Below, in pieces: positions 63,064 to 64,000 of a stretch of DNA of 64,000 nucleotides. The DNA comes from a virus (lineage: Duplodnaviria; Heunggongvirae; Uroviricota; Caudoviricetes): positions 44,776 through 108,775 of IMG/VR virus record IMGVR_UViG_3300034279_001376; one strand, 5' to 3'. The translations under genes and the position numbers were made by a program. The stretch's first letter is position 1, and every line of letters begins with the position of its first letter. A model generated the notes under the pieces. That model searched no databases. It saw only the letters and a list, made by a program, of their open reading frames with translations, and was not told the origin of the DNA.

Positions 63064-64000
63064 GTTCGGGAAAGTGGAAGAGTCCGAGTTTTCCATTTCC
63101 CAAAACTCTATGTTTTTGATAGATGCTTTGATTAATCTTTATTCCAAGAAAGAGGAATCCATTCTTAGAGAAATAGTGTCGAATGCTTATGATGCTAGTC
63201 TGGAAACGGAGGAAAAAAGAGTTGTGATTATCATCAACGATGATAAATTAGTAATTCAAGATTTTGGGACCGGAATGTCACCAGAATTTATGAGAGACGG
63301 TTACACAAAAATAGGCGAAAGCACCAAAACAGAAAATGCTAATGCAATTGGCTATTACGGATTAGGAAGGGTTTCAGTGCTTTCTAACTCAAACTCTTAT
63401 AACGTAATTACTTGCTTTGAAGGAGTTGAGTATAACTGGTTGGTTTGGAGAGAAGAAAACATCCACATAGATTTGTTAAGTTCTGCTTGCTCTGATAATA
63501 GGGGTACAAGAGTAGAGTTTAACATTAAAAACCCAAAGAAATGGTTTGATACTGCCAAAAATACTTTAGAGTTCTTTGACGGTGTTATTATCCATTACGA
63601 GGTAAACGGAGAAAAAACTGAATATGTAACAAAACCAGTAGTAGTTGAAAAAGGAAACAAGTATGGTGTAAGAGATGAAAAAATTAATCAGACTAACAAG
63701 TTAGGAATTATACTCGGTAAAGTAAAATACCCCATAGATTTTGAAGCCCTTGAAATTCCAGTTATAAAATCAGAAGCAAGTATATTTCTCCCTTTGGACT
63801 CTGGATTAAAACCTGTTCCCTCAAGAGAAAGTATTATTTATTCTGAGAAGACTAAAGAATATCTTAGAGTAAAGATTAAAGAATTTCAGGACTATTGTGA
63901 GGCTGAAATCAATGAGAAATTAGAAGAGGCTAAGAAAAAAGGAATAGTAGAATATAAAAAAGCATTTGATAATGCTTTTATAGAATGGGAAGGAGTTCGA
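63029..64000 (+). CDS. GHKL / HSP90-like (Bergerat-fold) ATPase, truncated at the window edge
   Basis: ATG at 63029 follows an in-frame TAA. The frame is open to the window edge (324 codons, no stop). N-box EIVSNAYDAS, G1 box VIQDFGTGMS and G2 box IGYYGLGRVS closely match HSP90/MutL/MORC-type HATPase_c motifs. Not in the table because it has no stop in the window. Confidence 0.6.
   Translation, partial: MIVQKEVSEVIRFGKVEESEFSISQNSMFLIDALINLYSKKEESILREIVSNAYDASLETEEKRVVIIINDDKLVIQDFGTGMSPEFMRDGYTKIGESTKTENANAIGYYGLGRVSVLSNSNSYNVITCFEGVEYNWLVWREENIHIDLLSSACSDNRGTRVEFNIKNPKKWFDTAKNTLEFFDGVIIHYEVNGEKTEYVTKPVVVEKGNKYGVRDEKINQTNKLGIILGKVKYPIDFEALEIPVIKSEASIFLPLDSGLKPVPSRESIIYSEKTKEYLRVKIKEFQDYCEAEINEKLEEAKKKGIVEYKKAFDNAFIEWEGVR

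Overview
AT-rich (~32-35% GC) dsDNA tailed-phage segment with Bacteroidota-type gene architecture. Small early proteins carry 'LLxxCSCQ/SVFSQ' signal or lipobox N-termini and genes are tightly packed with ATGA/TAATG overlaps. Layout: (i) 1-19.8 kb, minus strand, is the late/structural and packaging module: Cys-rich tail/structural proteins, a putative major capsid protein, scaffold, portal, and a T4-like large terminase split by a LAGLIDADG intein. A block of small accessory genes follows, including two tandem DUF2829/Tad2-like genes, a RecB-like PD-(D/E)xK nuclease, and a HExxH mini-protein. (ii) 19.8-20.3 kb is a divergent intergenic control region with unusual C-tracts and hairpins. (iii) 20.3-64 kb, plus strand, is the early/replication module: many small hypotheticals, a free-standing HNH endonuclease on the opposite strand, a MYG1/UPF0160-like hydrolase, an SPFH/band-7 protein, a Dda-like SF1 helicase, a glucosaminidase-type endolysin, family-A DNA polymerase with 3'-5' exonuclease, an SF2 DEAD/DEAH helicase, a DnaB/RecA-fold ATPase, a P-loop ATPase, a vWA (MIDAS) protein, an SSB-like protein with a 'DLPF' tail, a Toprim primase, a RecB-like nuclease and, at the window edge, an HSP90/GHKL-type ATPase. 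No integrase, CRISPR array or rRNA was seen. Unexplained signals are three long ORF-free, GC-richer, hairpin-dense regions (27.8-28.7 kb, 32.5-33.0 kb, 35.8-36.4 kb) carrying tRNA-like T-arm/acceptor elements and a duplicated hairpin+15-mer module. Each lies next to a member of a 5-copy small-protein family with N-terminal motif 'K(D/E)FW..V..EY'. All functional calls are from motif reading by eye; no database searches were run.
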